Assembly: GCA_002633005.1 (NCBI GenBank)
Contig: NMRA01000284.1
Location: 11,266 to 75,265, forward strand
DNA: 64,000 bases
Direction of reading: 5' to 3'
From: Phoronis australis
Lineage: Eukaryota > Animalia > Phoronida
In this document: piece after piece, positions 21,458 through 35,611 of the stretch
Layout: each line of letters starts with the position of its first letter
Position numbering within the stretch: the stretch's first letter is position 1
The notes under the pieces: generated by a model
Seen by the model: the letters and a program-made list of their open reading frames with translations, nothing else
The model's database searches: none
What the model was told of the DNA's origin: nothing
Position numbers and translations under genes: made by a program

Positions 21458-24400
21458 GTATAGGCCTACTCGCTTTTGACCTCATTATGCAAGCCCACTT
21501 GTACACTTATCTACCCTAAACCGACAGTGTCGCCATTATCGTTCGACATTTTTTAAAAGGCGCTGAAAACGGAGGTGTGCGGTAGGTGGTGAAAGCGTGA
21601 GAAGAACTGAAAACTATGCCGTTCAAAATAGTAGTCGCAGTATGTCGCAGTCTGCTGTCACCCCAACCAGACTAGCTGTACGCGTGGATCAAGCAATCCC
21701 AGTAACCCATGGCGAATGAGATTGCCCGGCGTCAATGTTTGCCGCCGTTCACAGATGCTTTGAACTCTAAAGCCGGAGAGAATGGCTACGAGCAGTAAAC
21801 AGAAAATAATACAATAAAATTAAATGATTCTCTGTAATTGAAGAAAGGCCAGTGGGTCAAATTTAACTTTTGGTTTAAAATGCGGTGTTGGCATTTCTCA
21901 TATTAGCCCTGTGGATGAAACGGAGTGAGCTACAAACCCGGAGTTGACCACAAACTAAATATGTATGAATAATTCCTACACTTACAACAATGCGAGGTGA
22001 TTCAGATTGCTTTTTTAATGTCGATTTACATGTTTTTTATATGAAAATGGCGCTTTAAGTCATGGAGTTGATTTCGCTGTACCGGAGTGGCGACCGGGCC
22101 AGGGTGCGAAACTTTCCCACGCTTATGTATTATTTAAAGAAAAATAAAAAAGTTTTGGGGACCGTTTTATGAAGTTTGTGTTAAAATTGAAAAACGTGTC
22201 ATCATCATGACGTTGCATGCGCGCACCCAGCCTTTAATATGGGGAGGCTCGAATTTCCAAAAATGTGGCCCTTTTACCGACAACTGAAAAAGTCGAACGA
22301 CCAAAAAACGGGATATCACGTCGAGAGATGTGAATTGTGCTTTTGCGCCTGTTTAGTGGACTTTTTGTCTCGTTTTCTCGGACTTTTTGTTTCTCTGAAG
22401 CGGACCATTTTCTCCACTTTGCCAAATGGGCCGGGGGGNGCGCGCATGCGTTGGCTATTAATATTTACTGTAGACATCGCAGAGTAAAAAATAATTATAC
22501 AGTACACGTTATCGCCATCTATTGCAGTTATTCAAGACTGGCAGGAGAGTCGCATGCAGTTTGTTTTTCACACTACTGGTATGACGGTAATTGATATAAC
22601 TAGTAGTGAAGGTACTGGTGTTCATGCTTCAACTCTACGTAATCGCTGGTGCTGAACGGCACTGGTTACAACCCTTAATGTCGCGTGGTCACGTGATCAC
22701 GTATGTGGCGGCCTCTGTATTTTGGCGCGAGTGTAGGTGTTATACCGCGAAAGTAGCTACGGCCGTCAGGGTGCAGACGCTCGGCAGTGTTGGTTAGGGG
22801 GCGAGAGGGTTATGACTGATTTACGTGCTCTACCAGGACTTCAAAGTGTTTTTGTCCGCGAATGATATATTTTTATGGATAGTGCTGGATTAACTGTTAA
22901 GCTATACTAAGCTACACGGCTTAAGGCCCGCGCAAAACAGGGCCTCATCTTGCAGAAACGGGGCCTACAAAAGCGTTGAACTTTTAAGTGGAAATTCACT
23001 AAGTCAAATTAGAAGTAGAGAACAGCACTGTCTCTCCAATTCATTGCCTGGTGTAAATGATAAATCCACTGCGAAACCAAGGACAATAAAAAGCAACCTA
23101 ATGACGGGGATGCTCATCTATAATTGAAGAGTTTTCCGTCGTAAGATCGAGGAAATAGAACTTCGCTAAAACATGTGAACGAATAGATTACTGTGTCACG
23201 CTGAACGCACATAAGCCAATTTTGTGCATTTGGATAAATGCTCACTAGATTATAAGGAGAGATTTTCCGGTACTGGGGAAAACATTGATTATTCCAACTT
23301 TCAAATTGTTTAGTTTACGCCATTTGGTATTCAAGTTACAAGAACAAAATTATGTAGGTCTACATCATTTACCTAAGAGTAGTCGATGGGGTCCCCAGTC
23401 TTCTGGTGGGTTAGAGCCCCACGAACCTCTTCGACGCTTACTCATTGGAGAATTCATTTAAGTAAGGCCCACGATTGGTCGAGGTCTGATACCTACAGCC
23501 TTTTTAAGGTTATGTAGTTCCAGAATGGCATGGTAGGGCTTTCCTGTAGTATCTTATTGGCTATTTAGCCAAATATTTTCAAAACTGTTGATTTTTTATC
23601 TCACCAAAAGTATATATTTTCTAAAAGTGGAAAGCCTGTAGAATTTGTGACGTTTTACCAACCTGTCTTTAGTTAGGACAAGTGACCGCGTCTTTTTCGT
23701 AAACTTTAGTAAAAAGACGGTACATTGCTATCAAATAACAGTATCAATAACATGATTAAATAAATGCTCAAAATGTGGTCTCAAAAACACCGTTACAGTT
23801 ACTTGTTCGTTTTCGTGTGATGCAACTTCACAGTTTTTTTTTCATGCAAATCATAAAAGTCGTATTTTTGATAAACCCTCATGCGAAAGTGCAATATTGT
23901 AAAAACGACTCCTAATATAGTTTTGGAGAATAATGCATACATGTGTAGAGCATACTGTCTGAAAGTTAGATATACCTTTGTATGAGTACGATTAGCCATT
24001 TTTGAGACATGATTTTCCTAACTTAGCCAAATTTGGACATTTTTCTAGGGTCTCTACGGTCTCTACATAACATTAAACTCACGATTCTTCTATCATTCCT
24101 TTAAGCAGTTTTATTGCGTAAGCCTTTAGCATATGATATGAAGTAAAGAATCTTTATAGCAAATTATTGGGTAAAGCCAAAACTCGGAAATGATATTATT
24201 GTGAACACTCAGGACATTGTGAAACGCATGCGCAGTCCTCTCTGTTAGGGGGTAGAAACGATTCCGTTATCACACCTCTAAACTTTCAGCTTCGATCCTT
24301 GACGATCCCTGAATCCCAGTGCCGTACCAGCAAACTAACTTTAAAATGTATTGCTTTTTTGTTATTTAATTTTAATCAAGTAATTACCAGTGTTGAATAT

Positions 24401-26908
24401 TGCTGAATTGCGTTAGTCTTCAAGAGTGATTAAGCTGACCTTCATTTTTTTAATTTAGGGAAATGTCACTATTACCTCCTGGGGTGACAACACACGGCTT
24501 GACTTTGGCCTGATCGGGTTTACTCTCAAATTCTGATCTCTCCGGTCTTGATGTGTGCTTTAATTGAGATACCTGTATTCCCAAGTGATGCCCTTTCAAC
24601 ATGACATTTACGTTTTAAAATATACACATTTTCGAAATTCTAGGCTACACGTTACTGTTTCAATCCTCTGCAAATTTGGATTTTTTCTAGTCTTCTGGAG
24701 GCTCTCTGGAAATATTCTGGTGCTTGATTTGTGCATGTATGCAAACACATGTTTATTAGCTTTTTCCTCAACAGATTATCAACAGTTTTAGTAACATAGG
24801 CTAAACCGTCCCGTCGGTGCTTAAAGAAGAACCAACTGTTTTCCATGCTGCGCATTCGACCTGTTTATCTTAGGAATATATTCTCCGTGTTAATTACTGT
24901 CCATGGACCAATAGAAATGACGCGAACGGCGAACATCTTGGTTTTTCATTTACTTGTCCATAGAAGAAACAAGACCACAGTCTGTGCACTGGACAATTCG
25001 TTCCTTGAATATTACCTACATGTCAAGGGAACAGGAATTGACCCGTGGAATGTCTCAAGTTAATCACGGAGCTACAGTTTTATTAAAAACGGTTTGCATT
25101 CTCGTTTACATGTAGTCTTGGGTTTCTTGCTCTAATTTCACTGGCAGTAGATATGTAATCGCTAGATCTACCGAGGTACCAGAAAATCCTGTATATAAGT
25201 CTGTGACTGACCAGTGTTGTTGTTTACAGCGCCCTCTACAGCTCAACATATGTAACCAGTAAATCCAACTTGAAACTTAAAACGTGGAACTTTTTAACTA
25301 ATAAATTAGAACAACTTGATCTATCCATGAAGGAAAAAAATAACGGGTGAAAGTACTCACGAAATGTTCTCCTAAAGCTCAGGGTCCACTAACCCTTCTG
25401 CAACATACACTGCGACAATCCCTCGTTCAAACACCGATTGCATGAAGAAGCTTTCACCATTGTTACGTCGAATGTACACACGTTTTCTCCATAACCAAGC
25501 ATCTACTTACGTGTGACCTTTTGTGTATTTCCAGTGTACCCTCTTGGGTTTATTTGAGTCATATCCTAATGTGACACCGCCTCTGATGTTTCAGCGGCAA
25601 CCTCTTTGATGATTCATAGAACTTAATCTTTCCAGGTCATAAAAATTCACACCTCCTTTTCCATGATCAAGTACTAATGTTAATCGATCATAAACCGTGC
25701 GCGTCTTTAATGTAACGTGACGTGAATCGGGATTATCTCGTCTCATTTTTCAAAGATTTAACAAAAATGATCACTGAGATGGAAGTTTTTGTTGGATGAA
25801 AATATTTTGTTTTCAGTAGCAAACGCAAAACTTGTACGACATGATAATCTGAGGTTAGGGCCATCATCATTTCTATATGATTCTTTTACGTACATCGCGT
25901 TGTAAGTCAGCCCAAGAGATAACACAGTTTTTTCAGTGAGCCGTCCAAAACCTGAAAAGTCTTCTAAATATTGTTTGATGGCAAATTCATGTTAGAAGCA
26001 AGCAGAACATATCGCAATCGCCCAAAACGATCACTGACCACTGTTCGTGAGGTTGCCAAGCCCAAAATTGCCAATTAACAATTACTGTCTTTGAGCTTAC
26101 CTTATAGTAATGAGGTAACTATGTACTTCATTGCAGGTCGTTACGAGAGCATACTCTCATTGGATAATGTTTGACTAATGGGGTTTACATAAGCCAACTG
26201 AAATGCAGGGTCATATAGAGAACAACTTCATGTATCTGCTTCCAGGCAAGCATTTGTGATTGATGCAATTTGCTTTAATTTAATTGGTCATTATTGAAAG
26301 TTGAAAGCTTAATTACACACGAATTCTGTTAAATTGGCATGATTTGACTTTGCAGTGTTGAATATGGAACAGTGTCTAGATTTGTTCAAAATTCTCGACT
26401 CCTCGTGGCTAAGCCCTATGGGCAAAGTCTCCGAGTCTCGAATCATATGATTCAGAAGGATTCGCATTGGGATTTGTAAATTTGTGCCTTTTGGTTTCAC
26501 AGCATTCTCAAGTTGTTATTTAATCTTATGCCTCTTGTATAGTTCAATCATTTGTCATCATGCTATGAATTTGCTGATGGCACGCTATAGTTCACACTAT
26601 ATTCGTATACCTATTTGGTCGTGTGTCCAACGTGGCTGAAAAAGGCTTGTGCGTTCACTAAGCGCCAAAGATAGAATTGGCTGAGAAAACAATATGCATT
26701 TTCTGAAGATTCAAGTGAAATTTAACATCTGTAGCAGTGCGGAAGAAAGAAAAGAGTAACTGCAAAATTCCCCTGTACAGATGAAATAACGCATTTCCTG
26801 GTAATACTGAAAAAGTGAAACAAAGGAATGCTTGTATTCGACTTTAGGCCACAGCATTCTCCGGATATCGGGCCAGAATACATTTTCTTGCATTTTCTCC
26901 AAATTAAC

Positions 26909-27066
26909 TAGGGGCGGATCCAGGATTTTGAGTTAGGGGGGGTGGGGACAGGCAAGAGTATTAGCCAGGATTTTGACCGTCCGACATTCGCACCACCGAA
27001 TTGCCAAATGGAATATGGGAGAATTTTAGGGGAGGACATGGCCCCCTTGCTCTGAACCCGCCTCTG
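26909..27066 (-). mobile_element. MITE family A copy, inverted
   Basis: aggggcggatccaggattttgag...aacccgcctctg, reverse complement of the 17044 copy. Confidence 0.78.
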
Positions 27067-27261
27067 TTGAAGTAAACAATAAAACAAAACTGCACAAGTT
27101 GCAAATGTTACAATAGATAGGTCGAAATAATACGATTCCTAATATAATTTAAAATTGGAAGATCTTTTATACGAATATAAGGCTTCTTGGTGGGAATTTA
27201 TGGTATCGTGATGCACTGACAAGTTCGAAGTTCTTGAATGTGTTTTATATAACAGACACCA

Positions 27262-27414
27262 GGCGTGCGTTCAGTAACGCTAGGACCTACGCTAGGACCT
27301 AGCTAAAATCTAGTTTTAGTCACGTGCTCTCACTTAAAATACACGGTAATATTTTAAGTAATCTCGCGAAGTCTTGCTTTTTAGCGAGGTCCTGGCGTTA
27401 CTGAACGGGAGGCA
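27262..27414. mobile_element. MITE with ~21-bp TIR
   Basis: cgttcagtaacgctaggacct (27268) vs aggtcctggcgttactgaacg (ends 27407). Confidence 0.7.
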
Positions 27415-28099
27415 GAAGTCAAATTATCAGAATTATACGTCGGGCTTGTTGTTGTTACAATGATGTTCATTTCGGTATACCACACAGGGAATTTGTGAGC
27501 CATATGTAACGAACTACCTGAAAGTGAAAATATTCTCAAAGACAGCACAGTTACCGAATCATGGAAAACAAAATTAACTTCTAAAATCCAAAGACAATAT
27601 TATAGTACTACATTTATCATCAATTCAGAAATTCTTACATGAGGTACAAATTAGCGATGTAGCTAATCACGTCTGAGAACAATAGAACAGACATTTGGAA
27701 ATAGCAATAGGCGATATGAATATTTTGGGAAGATGGAAAAAAACTTTATATGCTAAATTATTTTATATTTTTCTCAAAGCTATTTTCACTATCACGACCG
27801 GAACAACACATCGCTTAGAAATTTTCATTCGCCAGATACCTCAGGAAACTTCATTGTGACGTTTCGGTGCTACAATCCTATAGCCATGCTGAAAATAGTG
27901 CAAGGTATCTTCGTAGTGCCCGTATTCATTTTTTTCACATTTCTCAAAAATTCCCTGGAATCCGACGGTTATTCAGAATTCCACTACTAGACACAATTAC
28001 TCAGACTACGCATTAAAACCCATTGGAGGAAGAAAACTGGGTTTTAGCAAAGCATTCTTCATCTAGTGCAGTTACAGAAGTATTTGATGTGCCTTGCAT

Positions 28100-29050
28100 G
28101 GTGTCCAGTCAGAAACTCGGTCAGTACATTTCCTATTTAGAATGCTAGTGAATTGCAGTTTAAATTTACTTAATCGATTTGTAAACTGCTTGTGTCATGT
28201 CAGAAAAAAAGATGAAAGAAAAAAGTTCTGTGATGTCGGGCGGGAACAATGAATCTACTGCGCTGTGAATAGTACAATGTTCAAGCTTTAGTGTTAATCT
28301 GTTCAAACAATGAATTGAGCGATTCATTTAACCTTCATTCTGTTACAAATTACGTGCATTAAACTCCTGACAGATATGTTGGTGTCTTGCGTCTCTGCCA
28401 TTGCTTTGAACATTATGTAGATCTCAAATTCCTAGAGTAGATTTCAAGACCAGGGACAACAAGAAAAACGATTGTGAGATTGCTATTGAAGCACGAGCGC
28501 GCGCTCAGTTACAACGTATGAAGGAGTCAAGTAAGTTTAACTGTGTGAGAAAACATAATGCAGAAGCATTGGAAAGGTTTGCTGTTGAGGTTTAATGGCT
28601 TAAACACGCCGAAGTTGTCGACATTTAAAAGAGAGGCACAGTAACATTTGAAAGTGTCGATTTTTCATTCACAAAATATTACTATGTTTGTTATTTTGAC
28701 CAATTTGAGAACGAGTTTTTGAGGTGTCAGGCAGCACAACATGATTTCTTGGGTGATTTGTGGCGTATTCATATGCAATGGGGTGAGTTACAGGCTCATT
28801 TCCCAAACTTAGCGGGCATTATACTTTCAGTGGTGAGCATCCCTCTCTGAAATGCTGAGAGTGAGCGCATATTTTCAGTGGCATTAGACATGTGGTCACT
28901 GATTTTAGACAAGGCTGGTGAAAAGTTTGGCCATGCTTAAAATATCCTCAGTAGAAAGTGAGCGTGAATGTTTTAGTCACGAGTTTGATGCGAGGATTTA
29001 CTTAGCAGCGCAAAGTCTGCTGCGCCCAAAAGTTTAGAGAAAGTAAGTGC
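28100..29050 (+). pseudogene. Decayed hAT-superfamily transposase (C-terminal dimerisation region)
   Basis: 28800-28883 translates FPNLAGIILSVVSIPL*NAESERIFSVA, then VVTDFR after a frameshift, matching the hAT FPxL...IPxSNAxxERxFS...TxxR motif; stops and frameshifts throughout; boundaries approximate. Confidence 0.75.
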
Positions 29051-29091
29051 AAGTGTAAACTTGCCTAAGAGTGGTTATCAAAAAATACACT

Positions 29092-29225
29092 CATGGGCGG
29101 CGCAACACTGAAAAAATGGTGGCTATAACCTCCCAGCCCTCTGTGGTGCGCAGCCACCATGGGTTGCGCAGCACTGAAATAAGTGGGGGGCTATAGCCCC
29201 GGTCCCCTATGGTGCGCCGCTTATG
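29092..29225. mobile_element. Head-to-tail dimer of a ~66-bp mini-MITE
   Basis: Outer TIR catgggcggcgca / tgcgccgcttatg; second unit starts catgggttgcgca at 29158. Confidence 0.65.
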
Positions 29226-30039
29226 ATAATGAGTCGTGAACAAATTTAAAAGTTTTAGTGTGCTTATTTGTATCGTGTCATATTTCTTGGATCTGCGTTT
29301 CAATTCAAACACTCACTGAAATGGTCCCTATAGTCAAAATTTTGTGCAAGTATTTTTTTCTGAGCAGAATTTCTTTGATAAAACTTGCAATGGTTCTGAA
29401 TAGGCTTAAATTCTCACTAACGGTGGTTGGAGAGTGCAGTTAGCAAGCAGCTGACTGCACGGGGTAAAATATCAGGTCGTGGGCTCGTAGGCTGCCCTTG
29501 CATTTGTTTTGTGTTCGTGATTTTTGATTTGAAAATGTACGATATTAAGAGTAACTGCACGAGAACAGCAGGCAAAGGTGTGAAGACGATATGTCACAGA
29601 TGTTTATGACATATAGTTTATTTGAACACCTAGGTGGGAAGCTTAATAACAGAAATGCTATTAGATTGGAAAACTGGCAGCTTTTGTTTTGGAGAAATGT
29701 TTCGATCGGTTGTGAAGCCAATTTAAGCAAATTTTGAATAATTACTAGTCGTTTTGAATTTTCTACCCAGATTTGTAAGAACACGCAAAAACATTAATGG
29801 AAATTACTTTCGAAGTTATTAATTTCAAATAGGTTTTAACCTTGGCTCTTGAGGAGTTGTAGAATATAGGCTACATTCAAGTGCATGTGTACGGAGTGGG
29901 TATCATTCCACAGAAAAAAGACATGTGACATCTGAAAGAGGTTCCTCGATGTACCAATTGATGTACAGATTTCTGTGGATGTGACTTTGTGATCATGAAC
30001 ACAGCAAGTTGTGAAAAGAGAAATCCTCACCCAATTTTC

Positions 30040-30373
30040 AATTGCAAATGTACCTTACGTTTTGCGAGTTGATTCGTCATAGAAACCAAACTAAAAGACT
30101 AATCGAAAGTTCTAAACAGCGTAACTGGTAAAAACGGTGTCGGCAGAGGGGTTATTTTGCTATGAATATACCTTTTTAGAACTGAAATTTTGAATTAAAA
30201 AAGTGTCAACGTAATAACAATAATGGGACATAAATAAAAAAATATTTTATATTCCCTGGTCTTTTTTCTTTCAGGAAATGTGTACTTTTACTAGTTGACA
30301 AACTGAAGCCCAAGTTTTTTGATATACGAGTTAGGATGGAGGTCACTAAATATAATTAAGTTTCGAGATAACC
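30040..30373 (-). mobile_element. Terminal fragment of TTAA family B (Kolobok-like non-autonomous element)
   Basis: gagttaggatggaggtcactaaa...gagataacc|ttaa is the reverse complement of the left end of 34205-35611. Confidence 0.65.
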
Positions 30374-30377
30374 TTAA

Positions 30378-30495
30378 CCGTAATTGTCACAGTGAACTAA
30401 AAATTGATTATTATTCTGTAAAGGAACTTTAAATAGGTAGACCGCCAGAACTACTTTTTGAGTGACTTCCACATTTGGAAGCTTTTCTCAAGATG
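30378..30495 (+). mobile_element. End of a second TTAA-targeting element (family C), abutting family B at one TTAA
   Basis: ttaa|ccgtaattgtcacagtgaactaaaaattgattatt...acatttggaagcttttctc; inverted copy at ~41100-41241 ending ...gaaaattacgg|ttaa. Confidence 0.55.
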
Positions 30496-33400
30496 GCGCC
30501 ATTTGAGTCTTGGTTATTACCTTCTGCGCAATGATTGGCCGCTGCCTTGACGTCATTAAAACAGAGGCAGATTTTAATTATTTTCACAGGCGTTGTTGCT
30601 GCCATTTATGAAGCAGAAGGCATTGTTTTGGTTATTGTTTGGAATAAAGGTTGTTGACGTACTTATTTTCAATTCTTTTTACTAATATTATCATAGAAAT
30701 GTATCTGAATTCGAACTAAAGTACATAATTTTTGTAATGATTTAGACCTAAATAGCTGCAATATACCCTTAGTTTTCATTTTTATATCATACTGCAGAAA
30801 ATTTCAAAGTTGATATAACTTTATATTACTCGTGATATTCCGGCGATTTCCGTAAAAATGTGTCAGAATTCAGTCACATTTTATTTCCCATGAAATGGCT
30901 AAACCGATCAGCGCCATCTTGAGGCTTGGGGACTAGGCTTATGCAATTGTCTGCGTTCTGTGTTCATTCGTTGGCGGAGGAATTACTAGAGTTAGAGAGT
31001 GAATGAACATTTACGGGGACTCAGGAGCTGGAGAAGCACACGTAATATACCGAGAACGCTGCGCGTTGCAACTGTAATTCCTTTTTTTATTTAATCGCCG
31101 AGTTTACGCCAGATCGGCAACCGCAGATTTTATTTGGCGCCTGGGAATATCGGTTTTGGCGATCTCAGATTTCGTTTGGTGAGGTAGCCAATTGCGACTT
31201 AGCGTTAAGCTACCGGTAAGCGTCGAGCACTGCATCAATCCCGTAGTCTCCTATGCTATTGGCGGCTTGCCCTCGTCAGTGTCGTTTTCAGTGAAAGTGA
31301 TAACTAGTCTATTGTCACTATAGCAGCGTCCTCAAGGTCGTTAACGGTTTCGTTGTCGTTGCAGGAGCGTCAGCGTCAGAACCATTGCTCGGTGTGATTA
31401 CTAGGGCTATCCGGATTATGTCCGTTTCGACTTGTGCCTTGTTTTCGCAAGTGCGTGAAGCATGCTTGACGCATGTACCCCTTACGATGACCACAGCTCT
31501 TTTTTATGTTTTCACGTGTCTGTACAACATGATGTCCTTTCGAAAAAAACATTTAACGCTCATTTAACAATGAAAGTGATAATTTAATCGACAATTCGGG
31601 CAAATAAGCTGATACTTAACGTACATTCGATAACTTTTCAAAGATCTCATTAGTCAACGTATGCCATCTTATCCATATGCACGCAACCCGTTTCAAATAA
31701 ACACACTAAGGATTATGCATTTAGGGCCTACATTTTTTTTCACCTCAAATGGAAATACTCCTTTTGTTTTGTTTTGTTTATGCCATTGACGCTTTTCATG
31801 CGCGACTTTATTGTGACCTTCAGTTTTGTCCTTGTTATTGACCAAGTGTCCACACATCGAGTTGCTGACGACATCATCGGTTGTTGTCTGTGCCAGTGTC
31901 ATCAACGAAGTCTTGACGGAGGTCTAGAAAGAGGTTATTCTTGTTTTCATTTCCAACCTCAATTCTAAGTTCATCATCCGATTTTCCATGTGTCGCTCTT
32001 GGGCTTTCATCTGTTTGTTTATGTGGCATGCATGTGTTATTAGTATTTTAGTTGTTTGTTATTTTTAGTTTAACTCACCTTTCGTCAAAGTTGAGGAGGG
32101 ATGTAATATCCTGATTTGATTCATTTCTTTTGATTAACCTTAACAAATGATGACATATTGCATTCTTAGAATGTATTGTTCTTTGAACTTTATGAGATAT
32201 TTTTGTTTACTGGCAACACCTTATACCTTAGTCATGTTCATTTACTTCCTGTAATGTCTCTAGGTGTATATAAATGTGACCGCTTGTATTGTAATTGAGT
32301 TCGAATAAAATATTTGTCACAGCGAGATGTTCTTGCTGCGTTAATGCCGGGATATTGCATCGCAACGTCTTACAAAATAAGAAATTCAAAGAACGAACTG
32401 TTATCAGCAATTTAAAAGTCAAGGGACAAAACCACTCAATTTGCCGCCACCCTGTTGCAGAGAGCGTACGCTAAGACTTATTATTGCCAAATGTCAGCGT
32501 TATTGGTGAAAGGTTTTCCAAATCCCTTAGGATTTGAAATTTGCCGTATTCGGGCATATGTAAACGATCGTCGGGAAGCCAAAACTTGAACGCAGAGCTC
32601 ATTTGTAAGGTAAGTGTTTTGGTAAAATTCATTTCACCACCGGATTTGACTCAAGATTAAGTGACGATCAAGAGTATTTAGATGTTATTGATTTCAATTT
32701 CCATGCAATTTTTCAAAAAAAAAAATTATCCGTTACGCTCATAAAATGGATCCGCTTACAGTGGTTTGAGACGTGTTACCATCACTGTCTTGTCTAATTG
32801 CAATGGAATTTGCACTCTGTTGAAGAGGGAATTGGTAAGAAATGTCTTTCTGTACATTTTGCGACCCAAGATGATCTTGAAAATACTTTCAAAATTACGT
32901 CTACGTTTTTTGCCTGTTACTAGATTATTTTTGGCTACTGTTTTCAAAAATTTGTTTCGTTATTAAAGCCCAAATCATACCCGCGGGTGAGCGCAGCAGT
33001 GTTGTTTCTTCCGTTGAATGTTTTGCAATTGTCCTTCTGGCTGGGGAACGTGAAAAGGTGAGCATGATCACTTCTGTGTCATATTTTGCAGCCTGAACAA
33101 ACAACGGAAGAGCTGCAAAGTGCTTCTCACCCTAAAAGATAGAATATAGGGTTTGAATAGCTACGCTGTCCTTCGTCTTATATTTTGCTGTTACGTATGA
33201 ATAGATTCAGTACACAAATAATTATGTACTGACAAAGAAACTCAATATTAACAAAAAAACGCTTGGGAAGCCCGGTTAGACAACCATCACAAGGTCGTGA
33301 GCCACTGCTCCAACCGGCCATCAGTGATTGATGTTTTGGTTCAGGGCGGGTACAATTGAACAGTCAGCTGTGACCCCAGCGACCCAGCTCCCACTCTTAT

Positions 33401-33679
33401 GCTGTAGACTGTCAGTAAATTTCCGAGATTCCAATTATTGATGTTTTATTGTAAACTGTCAAGTAATGCTCTGGAGACAACATTTCGGACTTCTGGTGCT
33501 ATTCACTAGTAGTGTGACGTCATAGTTCCGTAACCTTTGACAATACATGCGTTTTTTCTGATTGGTTGGGATAAGCATGTGTTATATGGCGCTAAGCGTC
33601 ACCTAGCGTATTAAGAATATTACAAATTTCCGGCGACGTGGCCCATACATGCTTCCGTAGGCCTACATCCTCACTCATT

Positions 33680-33965
33680 CTCTACATCCTTCACAACCAC
33701 TGTTAACCCGATTATACTCTTCCTTTCTTTCCCAGTTACGCCCAGCACACGTAGTGCACGCTCACGAAACCCCTATATCCAACCGCCACGTTCTCCAAAA
33801 TTCCTGGTATGTTTCCCCCGGCTGCCTGATCATGAGTTTCTTCCCTGGGGCTCCCCCCACAGCACAGTAATTCCAGCTACGCTACTTATTTGGTTAGTCT
33901 TGGCCTGCGCAATACGCCTGAAAGATGGTTAGTCTAATGGCTTGTGCAAGTCCATTGCCAACCGA
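33680..33965 (-). pseudogene. 3' relic of a non-LTR retrotransposon with restriction-like endonuclease (HERO/R2-group)
   Basis: Minus strand with frameshifts gives, in order, MDLHKPL, E(L)TVLWGE, EETHD, GK.YQE, VAVGYRGF, RALRVLGVTGKERKSII, following the RLE pattern ELTVPWE..EEAHERK..KY..EVGCRGF..LGI.G. Confidence 0.6.
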
Positions 33966-34204
33966 CTCCTGTCTCTATGTGTAAAAACCTCATGCAAAAG
34001 CCACTGATCAGGATGAGAGCACATGCTTGAGATTTGCTGGTGCTTTACGTTATCCACACGTGTGATTATTTAAGAGAATAAAAACCGGATTTATTATCCT
34101 GTAAAATTTGATAGGAGACTGCAAATACGCACACGGCTACTTTAATGGTCTATTTTGATTGAGGTGCTCTACACAGCTGAAAACAAATGAGAGCATGTGT
34201 TTAA

Positions 34205-35611
34205 GGTTACCTTAAACCTTTTTAGTGACCTCCATTCTAACTCGTATGTCAAAAGGAAAGGTTTTGTCAACTAGAAAAAAGATTAGGGAATATAAAATAT
34301 GTTTTATATTTATGTGTCATAATTATTATTATTACGTAAACACCTTTTTAAGTTAAAATTCCATGTTTAAGAAAGGTTCATTCATAGCAAAATAACCCTT
34401 CTGTCCACTTTAATGAAACATTTTTTACAAGAAAACTTCACCAGTTACCTCAAAAATGCTGTTAGGAATTTTCGATTAGTCTTTTCTTTTGATTTTTATG
34501 ACAAATCAACTCACAAAACGTATTGTATTTTTGTAAAAAATATAAGTCGTATTCGTCTTTGTAATATTACGCAAAAACTAGGTGTTTATATCGAAAACCC
34601 TAACAGTGTTTTTGAGATTGACGAATAAATATCAAGTATGGAAGTTTCAGGTAAATCCACCAAGCCGTTTTCAAGAACTTGTGTTCCTAAGTTTAAATTA
34701 AATCGATTTTTTAAAACCGAGAAAAAACGATTATGTAGTGAGACGTGAAAATCTCAAGGATTTCGGTTAATTATTCTGTGAAAACTTGATTTTGGTCAAT
34801 ATAACCTATACGCCTCTTAGCCACGTTCATTATTTCAACATTCACTTGGATTGTCTTGTGAATTTGCAGGGCGTAATTAACTTAATTATCACAGAAACTT
34901 TAATTTAAACCAAGTCAATCTCCAATGCGTAGTTCCCAACTAGGTTACGGGCGGAGCCAGCATATTAAGTGGGTCCACCTTAAAGTAGGTCAACAGTCCA
35001 TTTTAGACACACCACGCGCTGGGAGACTGATATGAAAACTAAGTACGAAGTGGATACAGAAATTGGGTTGGTGGTTAAAACACGTCGTGAGCATGATATC
35101 GAAACAGCAAAATGTCAAATTACCTGATTCAATGAATTTGGGTGAGGATTTATCTCTTTTCACAATTTGCTGTGTTCGTGAACACTCAAAGAGGCGTGAG
35201 GCGACACGTAGCATTCGTTCTCAACGGTCGTATGCATGCAAACACCCAACTCTCTCAGGAGTTATGTTCTGTCTTTGTTTTCCCCGGCATCTTTCTATCA
35301 TATGTATACCTCTTCTACGCAATATTATGGCGACTCGGTGAATGAGTGGACTGAGGGTATTTAAGAAGCTGCTCTGTGTCTGGCGGGAGATTCGATTTGA
35401 GTGACAGCCCCGTAACCTTTGACCTCGGATAAGTAAACACATTTCCACGGGGTTGCGTGGTTCCAAGGTACGTCTGCCACATCTTTTTTTCTCGTTACAC
35501 GGTATATATATTGTATTTGAAGTTCCCCGAGAATGAAGAAAAGGTATTTTGCTAGACATGTGTGAAATATTGTAAAATGGTCAATTTTTGTGACTAAGGT
35601 TTGAGATATCC
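34205..35611 (+). mobile_element. Non-autonomous TTAA DNA transposon, family B (Kolobok-like), full length ~1.4 kb
   Basis: ttaa|ggttaccttaaacc ... ggtttgagatatcc|ttaa (imperfect TIR, TTAA on both sides, RR..YY ends); colinear inverted copy at 46330-47719. Confidence 0.78.
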
